NCBI RefSeq assembly: GCF_001194135.2
Contig: NC_068986.1
Span: forward strand, 37,937,143 to 38,001,142
From: Octopus bimaculoides
Taxonomy: Eukaryota
Length of the DNA: 64,000 nt
Direction: 5' to 3'
Under the pieces are notes generated by a model that was not told where the DNA came from, ran no database searches, and worked only from the letters and a program-made list of their open reading frames with translations. How positions within the stretch are numbered: the first letter of the stretch is position 1; each line of letters starts with the position of its first letter. A program made the translations under genes and the position numbers. Positions 20,880 through 34,496 of this stretch are shown here, piece after piece.

Positions 20880-21165
20880 AGCAAAGGGTTTTGGTTCATG
20901 TTCGTAAGGTCATGAGTTCAATTCTCAGTAGCACGTTGTTTCCTTGAGCAAGACAATTTATTTCACATTGCTCCAGTTCGCTCAGCTGGAAAAATGAGTA
21001 GTATCTGTATTTCAAAGGGCCAGCTTTGTCACATTCTGCATCATGCAAAATCTCCTGAAGAACTATGTAGTGTACTCAACCACTTGCACATTAATTTTAC
21101 AAGCAGACTGTTTAATTGATCGTATCAACTGGAACACTTGATGTCATAACTAAGAGAGTGCCAAA
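20880..21165 (+). mobile_element. tRNA-derived SINE (third family; also about 35780-36030 and 61258-61440)
   Basis: TTGAGCAAGACAATTTATTTCACATTGCTCCAG...CAACCACTTGCACATTAATTT shared core. Confidence 0.6.
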
Positions 21166-21327
21166 GAAAGAAAACATTGCACCACCTCTCTCATGATATT
21201 TGTTTGCTGTTTGTAGACTGAACACTTTAAAGTTAAAGTGTTTGCTGAGGAGACAAAACATTGATTCACCATCTAAGAGACAGGCATGCAAATGACTTGA
21301 TTATGTTAATTTTAATTTTATTTAGAA

Positions 21328-21476
21328 GAGTCATAGGCAGATGGCAACCTACGGGCAGGACTTTATGAATGCCATACCTAATGGAAAACTACTCTAAATT
21401 TTTTAGTAGTGTGGCCCACCTGATGATGAGCCATGTCTCATGCCACCTGCTCCTTGGAAGCAGTTGCCCATGTTTG
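21328..21476. mobile_element. hAT-type MITE
   Basis: 8-bp TSD ATTTAGAA on both sides, degenerate TIR ending TTGCCCATGTTTG; homologous to 62820-62958. Confidence 0.6.
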
Positions 21477-21485
21477 ATTTAGAAG

Positions 21486-21793
21486 AATAGATTCCTACAA
21501 AATTAAATTCAATATAAAGTCTTAAGGAGCTGATAAAATTTTATAGAACTTAGATAATAAAACAAGGTAGCAAAATAGAAAGTTTTTAGCCAAAAATGAG
21601 AATATGATCAAATGACTTATCATCATTTAACGTCCACTTTCCATGGATGATGATGATGATAAATCATTTAATCATATTTTCATTTTTGGCTAAAAACTTT
21701 CTATTTTGTTACCTTGTTTTATTATCTAAGTTCAATACAATTTTATCAGCACCTTAAGACTTTATATTGAATTTAATTTTGTAGGAATCTATT
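21486..21793. repeat. long foldback inverted repeat with an RTE tail fragment as spacer
   Basis: Arms 21486-21626 and about 21647-21793 differ at about 7 of 140 positions; spacer TTAACGTCCACTTTCCATGG. Confidence 0.92.
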
Positions 21794-22336
21794 TCTGAAT
21801 ATAAATAAAGATCAAATGAAGCAAATAAAGTTGAAAAAAGATTTTTTCCACTCAAAAAGCTGAAAAATTTTAGCACACGGTATATTCTAAAAGTAGAAGA
21901 CATCATCTTCAGAGTAAAAAAATAAATAAAAACTTAAACTGAAAGCAGGTGCTGTAATTTTTTTCCTTTCACCAAATCAAAAATGATATACTTTTTAAGA
22001 GTTATCATCCAAAATTTTATACAGAAAATAATATCTACTTGCACAAAAGATACTCTTTGAAAAGCTATCATCATCTCTGGGTTTTAAATTTCTATAAAGT
22101 CATAAACTACATAAGCTTTTCTTTCGCTCAACTTCCTGACTTTTAAGTTAGTGTCCCATTACTGTCTATTCGTTGTCACAAAAACTTACTGTAATTTAAA
22201 TTGATTTTGTAATTAAGTAATTAAACTTACTATAATTTAAACTTTGTCCCTGGTGAATGAAAATCTATCCTCACTCAAGACACAAATTGTCACTGCAATC
22301 CTTCAGTTCTAAGGTGACCCTGGATATATGAATATA

Positions 22337-23586
22337 TTGAGTCATCACATAAATAGTGCGGGTTTTTTTCAATTGCATTAACTAGAAGTTGGAGGGGTAT
22401 GGGATAAACTACTTGCATCAACTTGCTATAAAATCAGGTAGTAATTTCAACTTATTCTTAGTGCAAGTTTTGAAGAGTACAGTTTGATTTAACAGTTATT
22501 TTTTCAAATCTATAATGGAAGTGACAAAGGAGAATATTCAGTATATTTTGTTTTATGAGTTCAATAAAGGCAACAATGCAACAGAAAGTGCGAGGAATAT
22601 TAATGAGGTATATGGGATCAGACAATAAGTGTAAGCCAATGTCAACAGTGATTCCAGAAATTCCAAGCTAGAAACTACAGCCTAGAAAATGAGTCTCGTC
22701 CTGGAAGATCTGTAGAGCTTGACAAGGATGTCTTGCAAACCCTGGTGGAACAAAATCCCATTTTAACTGCTGAACTAGCAGAGAAGCTTGGATTTAGTCA
22801 TTCAACCATTCATCAACACCTGTGTGCCATCGGAAAAGTCAGCAAATTGGGTCAATAAGTTCCTCACAAATTTTCTGAATCTAATCGTGTGCAGAGAGTG
22901 AATGTGTGTTCTTCTTTGCTGTCACATCTCACGAATGAACCTTTTTTGGACCAAATAGTGACTGGTGACGAGAAACAGGCTCTATAAGAATGTCAAGAGC
23001 TGAAGATAGTGGACAGGGAAAGAAGAAACACCCCAGGCTAAAAAAGGTCTTCACCTATGTAAGGTGTTAGCTGTTTGGTAGGATATGAAAGGGCTAGTCC
23101 AATTGGAACATTTAAACCAAAACCAAACAATAATAAAGGAGATCTACTTCAAGCAGCTTAAGTCAGCACTAGAAGAAAAATGACCCTCTTTGGTTTCAAC
23201 ATGAAAAGTGTTCTTCCATCAAGATAATGCTCAGCAACATAGAGCGAGGATGACATTCCAAAGGCTAGAGCAGTTTGAATGGGAAATGATGCCCCACCCA
23301 CCATATTCACTGGACATTGCCCCATTTGATTATCATTTATTCCAGTCTTCAAAATCATTTGGATGAGAAAAATATGAATTTTGTAGACGAGGTCAGAACA
23401 ATACTGGAGGAGTATTTTCTGTCATGGACAAGTGAATTTTGGAAGAGGGGCCTTGCAAGTTTACCAGATAGATGGAAGAGCATTGTAGAAAATGAAGGAG
23501 AATACATTTTAGATTAAAAAAGAACTTTATCTTAACTGAAAAACAAAAGAAGTATAAAAAACCACATTATTTATGGCATGACCCAA
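22337..23586 (+). mobile_element. full-length degenerate mariner (DD34D) element, 1250 bp
   Basis: TA-flanked imperfect TIRs of about 30 bp (TTGAGTCATCACATAAATAGTGCGG / CCACATTATTTATGGCATGACCCAA). Transposase from ATG 22515 (MEVTKENIQYILFYEFNKG) to 23517 with VTGDEK, HQDNA and HPPYSLDIAP.DY motifs, broken by stops and frameshifts. Confidence 0.9.
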
Positions 23587-24028
23587 TACCTCTTATTTTC
23601 CACAAATGCAAGTATTACTAAGAGAGACAGAAACTCGTACACAATCAAGGACACATGCCAGTACTTGTCAGTCTTTGAAAATGTTCATTTATTTTATGCA
23701 GTAAGAGTTTTAAAAAAAAGTCATCAAAATTAAGAATTGATTGGATATTTATTTTATGTATAAAAACAGACACTGAAATCAGGAATCTATTTGAATATAT
23801 AATAGACAAAGATAAAGTATTGTTCAACAAAGATAAAAAGTTAACATAGACAAAAAACTTCATAAGCCTCAAGAAATGAGAGTAGTGAGACACAGGAGTT
23901 GCTGTTTTTTACTTTGTCTAGTATAGATCATTTATTTGAGCTCTTTCCAGAAGAAACCTTCATGTGATATGTCCACCAACAAGGCTGAATAATAAGTAAT
24001 TTTAAACATTTAGCTGCTCAAATAACTG

Positions 24029-24102
24029 TCAGAAAATCCACTTATCTTCAATACTTATATCCTCTGTTGCATCTATCAACTCATCCATTTCTGAGACATC
24101 TT
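24029..24102 (-). CDS. STRADA: STRAD coding exon 12 (last)
   Basis: ttttag acceptor; [26 protein letters not shown]. Confidence 0.85.
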
Positions 24103-25918
24103 CTAAAATAAGAAAGAAACAGGAGAGAGGGAAATATTAAATGACTTTTGAAATAATAATGTGTCATTCTTGAGTTTCTAAAAAGCAAAACAGGAAGAAG
24201 TTAAAAGAACTGTCACCCATATAAACATTGCAAATCAAACATTCATATAATAGTAATGATAGAAGTGGTGATGTATAGTATAATTTAATGAGTTTTTCAT
24301 CCAATATGTTCTTGTTAAATTTCCATCTGCTTCCCCACACTTCTTTGAGACCTCCTCATTCATAACTTTTTTTCTTCATCCTAGACTCATCTTTTTGCCC
24401 AAAGTAACAAAGGATGTCAATACTCATTCACCCATACCACCATTCCTATCACATTACCTCTCTCCTGTTGTTATGCTTGTATAACAAGGGATTTCATCGA
24501 ATCTGTTTGTAATCAATACACTCCTCATCATCACCCTTCTATACTACTATCACTCCCTCTCATCCAGATTGCTTGTTAATATACATCACTCTCTTTCTAT
24601 CACCACCTATTTCTAAGATTATCACATACTATCTCTGATCATCAAACATCACCTTCCTGTATTGCTAGCCACCACTCTCTCTTCTCTATATCACTCATTC
24701 TCTCTCTCTAACCAGTAAACAACACTGTTTACCATAACTTTCTGTCACCACTGTCTCTTTTCCATGATACCCTCCAGCATTATCTTCTCCATTACTCCCA
24801 CCTCCACATATGAAAATACATATATACATGACTAAAGGAAATGCATTAAAAGTCAAAAGATTCTCTTACGTTTTGGTAGTTTACTGATATCTGTGAGAGG
24901 AGTTACAGGATGTAGTAAACCAGGTAAGACATCTGCTGTATTCTTGCGGAGGTTCTTTAGAAATGCATGATTCAATAAACTGGAAAGAGGCAACCTAAGA
25001 GAAGAAGAAAGGAAAAAGGATTTTTAAAAAAAAGCATTTCAATGTCTTGCAAAAAATTAAATTTAAATATGATTCTTTTATTTTCAAAATGAAATAATGG
25101 AAATATCCAGATTTAAGAAACTATTCTCATTTATAAATTAAATCTTACTATCAACGAGAGTGAGTTTCTCAATTGTAGTAGATTTCTAAAACATACATGC
25201 ACACAAATTTGTGTGCATGTGTATACATCTATCCATCTATATATTATATACATGCATTAATGCTGTGCAAACATAAAAAATAAATAAACACTAAAAATAT
25301 GCTCAGTATATTAATGTAAAGATAATGATTCACTCTGCCACTAATAGGTTGATGGGTCAAACACCGAATAAGAACAGAGTGAATCAGTTTCAAATGAACA
25401 AATAAAATACAAGTTTTCTTTCTCTTGTTTATGGATTCAAACATGCATGTGTGCATTTGTGGGTGTGTGAGTGTATGTATCTAAAAATATATGTATATAG
25501 GCATAGGAGTGACTGTGTGGTAAATAGCTTGCTTATGAACCACATGGTTCCGGGTTCAGTCCCAGGTTTATATAATTTGATTTTTTATGTTAGTGTTGAT
25601 CATGGGCAAATAATAAAATTTATAAAAGTTTTGAATATTAATAAAAGGAATGAAAATTTATTATTACTTTTACATATTATTCCTTTGTTAATATTTATTT
25701 CAATTTTGATTATTTGATGTTTGTATAATTTTTGTAGTTATTGCGGGAATAACTAAGAGGGCTCAGATTCCATTTAGAAGTTGATTGCCTGCTGCAATGG
25801 CTGCACCTACTCCTGTTTCAGCTTTAGTTCACCTTGGGAAAGTGTCTTCTACTATAGCCTCGGGCCGACCAAAGCCTTGTGAGTGGATTTGGTAGACGAA
25901 AACTGAAAGAAGCCCGTC

Positions 25919-25976
<58 letters not shown>

Positions 25977-28036
25977 GTGTGTCTGCGTTTGCCCCCCCCC
26001 CTCAACATCGCCTGACAACCGCTGCTGGTGTGTTTACATCCACATAACTTAGTGGTTCGGCAAAAGAGACCGATAGAATAAGTACTAGGCTTACAAAGAA
26101 TAAGTCCTGGGGTCGGTTTGCTCGACTAAAGGCGGTGCTCCAGCATGGTCACAGTCAAATGACTAAAAGAGTAATCTCATGCAAAAATATAGTCTATGCG
26201 TTAAAAGTTATCCTAGCATTTGTCTAATCATTGTTTCATTCCTTTGTTTGAAATATGCAATGTGTTCATGCATTTTGGTCTTCCAGGAAAGGTCAAGGAC
26301 GAGTACCACTTTGGATAGGCTCATCTGGCGCACCCACCTTTTCCCTTCATATCATTCCCTATTGAGTTCCACATCATACCTAACTTATGTAAAAAAGAAC
26401 ACCCCGCCAAAAAACTACTTTCTCTTCTATTGAAATGCATCCTTCTGGAAATTTCTCCCAACAAATTTTATTGCTGTTGTTTAACCACTAGATCAACTTC
26501 AAGAAGATTTATCAATTAAAGGCATTCCAACAGTGACCATCCCATTTTTATAAAGTGTAGTACATCTAGGATAACATTATCTAATATGTCTTCCCATTTT
26601 TTAAATGGTAAAGTGATTTGAAGGAGATGTGGCTATTTCTAGCAGGTCTTAAAACTACACAGATGCTACATCATTGACTCACACACTAGCTTCAACAATT
26701 TTCCTACAGGTGTCAACTTGACAGTTCAAAATTAAAAGACTATTGATCTCACCAATCTTAGAGAATTGCCAAAGGGCTTTTTTGTTCTCTTCAATAAATC
26801 TCTGGTTCTGTACCAACCTTAATCACTCAGTAGTGTTTAGTTTGGTTACTTCTTCATAGATATGAAATTAGATGCTCGCAATACATATTTGTTTTCACTA
26901 CATGTCCCTTCTACTAGTATTACAATAATCTCTGCTGTTCTGAACTAGCTACCTACATACTCTCAATGACCACTTCTCTTGTCACCCTTCCTGAATATTT
27001 CTCATTTCCCAACTCCTGTAATAAACACATCCTATCCAGAAATTATACCCTCCAGAATTCCTTCCCCACACATTTTTCTCCAGCAGATACTGATCTACAG
27101 GTGTTCATTTAAATCATCGTTTAATGTCCGCCTTCCATGCTGGATGTTCAAACTGAATATCAATTGTATTAATATTCTTTTCTTTTCTACTCTAGGCACA
27201 AGGCCCGAAATTTTTGGGGGAGGGGCCAGTCAATTAGATCGACCCCAGTATGTAACTGGTACTTAATTTATCGACCCCAAAAGGATGAAAGGCAAAGTCA
27301 ACCTTGGAGGAATTTGAACTCAGAATGTAAAGACAGACGAAATACAGCTAAGCATTTCGTCCAGCGTGCTAACGTTTCTGCCAGCTCACTACCTTCCAAT
27401 TGTGTTAATATTACCAGTCTTCAGAGATGTGTAAGGTTCATATTTACCCTCCTCATCTGATTGTCTTATAAAACATTATATATAAAAATAACTACCCACA
27501 ACTCAAATATTGACTCAATACATAAACTCCATATTGACTCAATTAAGATCTAAGACAATCAATATAAATCAATAAGACATTAATCAGTGGCTTAATACTG
27601 CTCAATGGTTTCAACCTTCATACTCATTGACTGAAATTTTATTTCTTCAGATATTTTAAAATTATATTATCCAACATATTTCATACAAACTATTATTTAA
27701 TTGGTGGAAATTTTAAGATTAACAAAATCCCTTTACTGCATTTCCACCATGCTAACACTTTAATTTACTTCTATAAAAGAGTGTTATATGATGGCATTAC
27801 CCATTATTAATAAGCAAGTCAATTTCTTGGTATTTTCATTTCCCTTTTTGGAATATGTCCCAAACAATTTTTGTAAATTAAAATGATTGCAGAATATCAT
27901 TATCAATCTCAGAGTAGTTAATGAGACTCAGACAAGATTTAAACTGAAACTGTTAAAAGCTAACAGCTAAATGTTGTAAAGCATTTAGTTTGATACTATC
28001 ATTTTGGCCAACTTGCCAACATGATTTTTTGAAATG

Positions 28037-28068
<32 letters not shown>

Positions 28069-31000
28069 TCATGTGAGCTTCTTTCTCCAGGCACATATCA
28101 ACAAAGTTATGAAAAGCATAAGAAAATGTTCGGGTGTAAGCTGGTGAATCTTTGGCAATGTTTGTACTTAGCCGATTACCTAAAATTAGAATAAAATCTT
28201 TTAAAAATAAAACTACAAAAAAGAATAAGAATAATTTTTACTAAAATGACTAGATTCTTGAAAATTAGATTTCCAAACATTCATATCAAATATTAAAAAT
28301 CTAATATCACACTAACTATTGGGAGAATGGGATAAATTTTTCTTGTTTGAAATGTTTTCAGAAAAAGAAAAATATTAAGAAAAGAAAAAAAACATGAAGA
28401 AAATTAAAATCCTGATGTTCTAACTGATACAAATTTCAGCCAGAATACTGGTATACCAAAGATTTTCTTTCTTTTTTTTTTTGTTATTTTCATGATTCCG
28501 AAGAGAAGAGCTAGAACCTATTGCCAATTTTTCATGCTCTCTTAGACTGTAACAAAGAAACAACTGGGCCCCAACATACTGCTCACAAATTTGGGCTGGT
28601 GTAACAGCAGCAGATCCACACAAAACATTCAAGACCACCTCCACATAAAATCCAGTAGATTGGCAAAATTTACTTACCAACATACAAGTGAAGTAAGTGT
28701 ACAGATGTGCTGTTCTCTGTTTCTTCCATTGTTTCTCTGAACTAGTAAGTTGCATCCACCTCCACTCAAGCCCACTTGATGTATTCACCTCCCCCACCCT
28801 ACTGTTTCTCACATAGTAAACAATGCTTTCCAAAACTATAATGCCCTCTCTACCCATGTCTTCCCTGTTCAAGCTGAACATAAGCAGCATCAACTTTCCC
28901 AATCTGGGTGTGCTGGTAAATATCTTTTCCAGCTTATATAAGAACAGTAGTGTAGATAGTGTTCAGTTTGAATTGCCACAGGTTAGTGATTGGTAATGGG
29001 AAGAGTTAATATACAACAATGTTTCAAAATGCATGAAGTTTGGGGGATGATATTTAGTATGGTAGTATAATAATGTGTTGGTAAGTGAAGATCTAGATGC
29101 AGATATTTGCACTCAATGTACTATTCCAGAAAAATTTCAAAAATGTTCATAGATGAAACATCAAACAAAGATTAACCCATGCTAACATGAAAAACTGATT
29201 ATGACAATAATAACAATGTTAAAATTGAATTGTTTATCCAAATTTTTTAACATTTAAAAAAAAAATTTTTTTTAAATTATCAAAATATATCTGAAATGAA
29301 AATCTCTTAAAATAATAGTTAAACCAAATCCATAATTGAAAGGTTACAATAGTGAAGAAGTTGCTGAGATACCTAGCCAATTTTAACAGTAAACTACAAC
29401 AAAATAGTTGTTACTTCATAACTATTGCGAAGTAAAGAAGTATGTACAAAAGGAATTTTAAAGGTATTAATATGCAATGTCAAACTAAACAAAAATATTT
29501 TGTTTGTCATTTTATACAGAACTATCTGCAGCAGGCTGCAACTCAAACATTTCTAGTTTTAACATGTACAATCACTCCCAAACAAACCAGCACCTTTACA
29601 ACTCTGCTACAACAATAGCCTAAGATATATATTTCTTTCTCACAAACATAACAAATACATGCAAAAATAGTAGTAACACTGTCCTGCAATGCACAATCCT
29701 TAATAATAAGTGTAGAGTAACTTATTACAGATGTGTTCAAATAGAGTTCACAGACTTCAACATTGTATAAAATGTAATTAATTGCTGCATATCAGAATAT
29801 GCAGTGTGGTTCTCAACTAGATGGAGGTAGGTCATATTCACATATATGGATCAAAACAAGTTCTTCAATTGACGACCTACATACCAAAGGTGTGCTCAAT
29901 CAGGTTTGACCTGAGACTATGCAAGAGATTTCTGAGTAGAGGAACAATATAAGATTATTTAGCACAGTAATGAAAGTGGAAAATCTAATGAAAAGATACA
30001 TATGTGCAGTATGTACAGTGGGACTTAAAAATTAAAGTGAACAAGATATGATATAACAGGTTTAAGAAGATAATTATAACAATACAAAAGGAAAAACAGT
30101 ATTAAATCAACTGGCGTTAGGAAGGGCATCCAGCTGTAGAAACTCTGCCAAATTAGATTGGAGCCTGGTGTAGCCATCCGGTTGCACCAGTCCTCAGTCA
30201 AATCGTCCAACCCATGCTAGCATGGAAAGCGGACGTTAAACGATGATGATGATGTAACTGGATCACAACTTTAGAGATAGAACAAGATACAATAATTGGT
30301 ATTACAAACGATAAACTTTATTAAATAAATTTGTGTAACCTTTCAAGAAAGGAAATAGTTTCATAAAAATTTTAAAACATATGCTTTAAAAATAAACTAA
30401 ATATTTCAATAATTCTGAAAAAAGATGTATAATTAGAGCAATTAAAATAAGAAAATGATATTTTACTCAAAGTACTGTGGACGCCACCAAATTCATTGAT
30501 AGTGCGAGAATCAAGTAAAACTGGTTTGGTGCCATTTAATTTTGCTAAAAGCATCTGAAATAAAATTAACATATTTTAGATTTATAATCGTATTAAGTGG
30601 CATCGTTAACTACAATATGAATTTTGAATAAGTAGGAAACAGCTTTTTGGTCTGATTGAAAAGATGCCTTAATTTTTCTATGATCTATAATGTTCATAAT
30701 TGTACTGGATTAGAAGAGTGTTCTATTGGTAATAACATCGGTAACTTTGGCAGAGAATATCAAAGAGAAAATAGCTTTTTGCTTTGAATGCAGTCTCATA
30801 TGTAATCTGACCAAAAAAGAAGAGTATATTCTTGAAAGAAGAAATCTGATTGAATAACACAAGATTTCAAATAAAACTTGTGTTTAAATAGTTACAAAGA
30901 TGTGTGAGAACAGGCCAAATCTTTATTAAAACTTTCAATATTAAGTCTTAAATATACATTTTGAGCTGGAGCCACTTAATATGAGTTTGAAATTATAAAA

Positions 31001-34000
31001 AAAAGTGAGAGTTAATCTGCACTAGAGGGCATACATTCTGTATGGAGAATACACTTTTAAAAGGAATCTCTTACTGACAAAGCAAAAGAACTGCTCTACT
31101 GAATATTAACTAGTTTAGAATGGAGACATCCTAAAAATGAGCATACCTAAAATTAAAGCAGAGCAGATGAGAAAATGAATTTATAACAGAGAAATTAGTT
31201 TCTTACAAAATCATAATTGTTTTATTCTTTAGAAAAGAGAATAGGTCAGAAGCAGCAAGAAAAGGAGTATTGTACTAATAGTTAGTGAACAAATGAGTGA
31301 TGAAGGCTATATTGACATCCAAATTTTAGCTGAGACACATTCAACAAGCCATAAAACAATATGATTGCTATCAAAGATATTTTCATATATATTTTGACTG
31401 AGGACATTTTGAAGATAGAATATCTAGCAGGTTGTTAATTTTCACTATATACAACAGTATCATAAAAAAAAAACCAACAGCTTACCTGTGTTACTGGCAT
31501 ATCAGCAAAAGGAGCATAACCATTTGCTAATTCACATGCCAGAATGCCAATACTATAGATGTCAGAGCGAGTATCATAACCAGCCATATTCTGGAAAGTT
31601 AAAAGAGTATGTCAAATGATTCTAATAGGATCAAGTTTTTAAATTCTCTTATGAAATAATAATTATATACATATAATGTTATTCAATTTTAATTGTCATA
31701 TATACGACTGGAGGAGATGCTGATACAATTCATATTCAATTTTATGACACAGGTTAGTGGTTGGGAGAAAAAAAATAAACTTAATCAAAAAGAGAATTTG
31801 AAAAGATTGCTATTTCAATGAAGAATTGGGAAGACGTGTTTAAAGTGGCTTGAGGTATGAAGTGGAGAAGAGATGTTTGTATGTGGCAGATGCTCAGGTA
31901 TAGTATAAAGCAATGTAACTAACCTGTTCAAGTATTTCTGGACTGAGCCAAAGTAAAATGTTAATGGCAGAAGCAGGATAATCATGAAGTCGCCGGAGTC
32001 GCTTGCCACTTTGGATCATAGAGAGAGCATTGTGTAATCCAGAAAGCTGGACATTACCACTGGCTGAGATCAACACATGACTGGCTTTCACTGCACTACA
32101 AATAGAAATAAAATGCTCACACTTACTCTTCAGCAGATGCAGAGTTAAAGGTTTTCACTTTCCAGCCTGTGTATTCTCTAATGTATCAAATTAAAAAAAT
32201 AAGTTATCCTTTTCTTTGACAAGGGAACTTTTTTTCTTTTCTTTCCTCCAAATATTAAAAAAAATATATAAATTAAAATTCTTTTAATATTATCCAATGA
32301 TACTTTTTAAGATATGTAAATAAAGGAAGAGAAATATTTCTATAGACGATGGTGATGAAATATAAAAGTGTAATTCAAAGTTATAAGCTTTCAAATGAAG
32401 ATAATATTAAATTATAGTGTGTTGATTGTGGGAGTCAGCAGCTGAAGTTAAAAATAATGTTAAACCTTGTTTAACTTCAGTTTATGAAACATTAAATGAT
32501 AGAGACATTTCTCAATAAATTGGATGCATTTATAATTTCTGAAGGAGGTGAACTGGCAGGATCATTAACCTTGAGGAGAATTGCTTGCAGTATTTTCCCC
32601 AGCTCTCTGCACTTTAAATTGAAATCCTGCTCAGATCAACTTTGTCCTTCATTCTTTTGAAGTTGGTAAATATACCATCAATCAAGTACTGGAGTGCATT
32701 CTTCTCTCTTTTTTTCTCAATCAGCTACACTGTACTTTAAGAATTGTTTTAGATCACTTACAGTATCCCTTTCTCCAGAAAAAAAAAAGGGCTGAATGAG
32801 GAGTTAGCAACTTCTCATAGAAAAGTTGATATATCCTGGAGCATCCAAGCACAGTCCAATGTGCAATACAAAAGAGGTTGAAAATAAAGAAAAAGAAATA
32901 TTCAAGGTAGCTTACTACCCAATCTCCAGCTAGATAAATTAACACAGAATTAAATGTCTTGCAAAGAAACAGAAGGAAATACCTGCCATGAGAGCTGACA
33001 GATCAATGTTTATCCACTTAAACATTTTACCTTTACAGCAATCAAAGAAGGAAAATATAACAAATAGAGAAAAGGAAGAAAAAAGAGATTTTAAAAACAG
33101 TAATTAGTAGAAAAACTATAGGGACTCTGATGATGGAATACATAAAAACTTTTAAAACATAGAAAGTACTAGAATATATTTATGATAGAACTGAAAGAAA
33201 ATGTTCAATTACAGTTTTCATTTCAATAACTACAATCCCTTTTAAAATAACTGACAAAGATACAGGCTTGAAACCTATACAATGACTAAAATACTGTTAA
33301 TCACGATATTTATCTTTTTTAATGATTAACATGTCAGTCATGTCAATTTCTATACAAGTACTTCCATTATGGAATTACTACATCATAAAAAATACAAAAT
33401 TCAAATCAGACAAGTTATGAAAGTACAAGGTAGTTTTCCTTTTGGTATGCAGAAGGAATAACCAACATCAACTTGTCAATTTTTAATTTTGCACTCAAAT
33501 GGCAAATTGAATGAAGGAAGAGTCATCTATTTATTTCTAGTTAAAATATCTGAAACTAAATTCAAACCTAATCGACTTAATATTAGTAAATCATTGAATT
33601 TATCTGACCCTATGATTTAAGTACCATCATCATATTTCAGAAGTAATGCCCCTGTGTAATGAAAAAGCTTGCCTTTGCTACATTTTAATATAGACTTTAT
33701 TGATAGAATTTTACAGTCAGAAGTTCACATTGACTGAAAGGTAGCTTCCCATGAGTGATACAGAAGACTAAACTGGTAAAGCAAGGATTAGATACTTACA
33801 GCACCCAGTTAGTACACAGGTGAACTTCTCAAAAGATCTTCAGGTTTGACATTGCTTAACTTCAGCAATATGACAGGAACAGGGGTTTTCAGGGTCAATT
33901 GGCTGTTAATGGATTTTAACATTATAAGCTTCAGATTATCTCAGAATTTCACAATGATCCCTTCTATTGGCTCTGGAATGTTGTTGAGATAAACTGAGAA

Positions 34001-34425
34001 TTAACTGACAGGAAACACGCACAGCATGTGGCAAACCTTAAAGTGATGATGGAAGCAGTATTCATACTTACCGATGAATTATTCCCCGGGAATGGAGATA
34101 TTCTAGTGATTTGATGGTATCTCGTAATATGTAAGCTATAGCTTGCTCGGGCAAGCCAGATGTGAAATAAGCATGGAAAATATCTTTGCAGGATCCTGGA
34201 ATAAATTTATAATAAACAGAAGTGGAAAAAAATATTTTTATTTTTGTTTGTTACTATTAACATACACTGGTAAACAGAAACAGACAGTCAATAATGTCAT
34301 TGGTTGTTTGGCAGTAAATGTAGTAAGACTTGCAGACATGTAGAAAAGCTAATGCGACAGAAACTGGTTAAAATGTTGAATATAGAAGTCATGTGATAAA
34401 AGACAAAATGGAAAATTCAAAAGTC

Positions 34426-34496
<71 letters not shown>

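Noticed and set aside
24980-24994. In-frame alternative acceptor 15 nt inside STRAD exon 11 (CTCTTTCCAG)
   Set aside because: It would remove the conserved subdomain XI Arg, and there is no evidence of use.
28420-28902. 160-aa minus-strand ORF
   Set aside because: Antisense to a decayed CR1-like remnant, with no protein signature.
29515-29555. Possible extra STRAD mini-exon ([10 protein letters not shown])
   Set aside because: No convincing donor in the required phase; exons 9 and 10 already join in frame.
32445-32483. 11-bp stem hairpin CTGAAGTTAAA...TTTAACTTCAG
   Set aside because: Short and AT-rich, compatible with chance or a MITE remnant.
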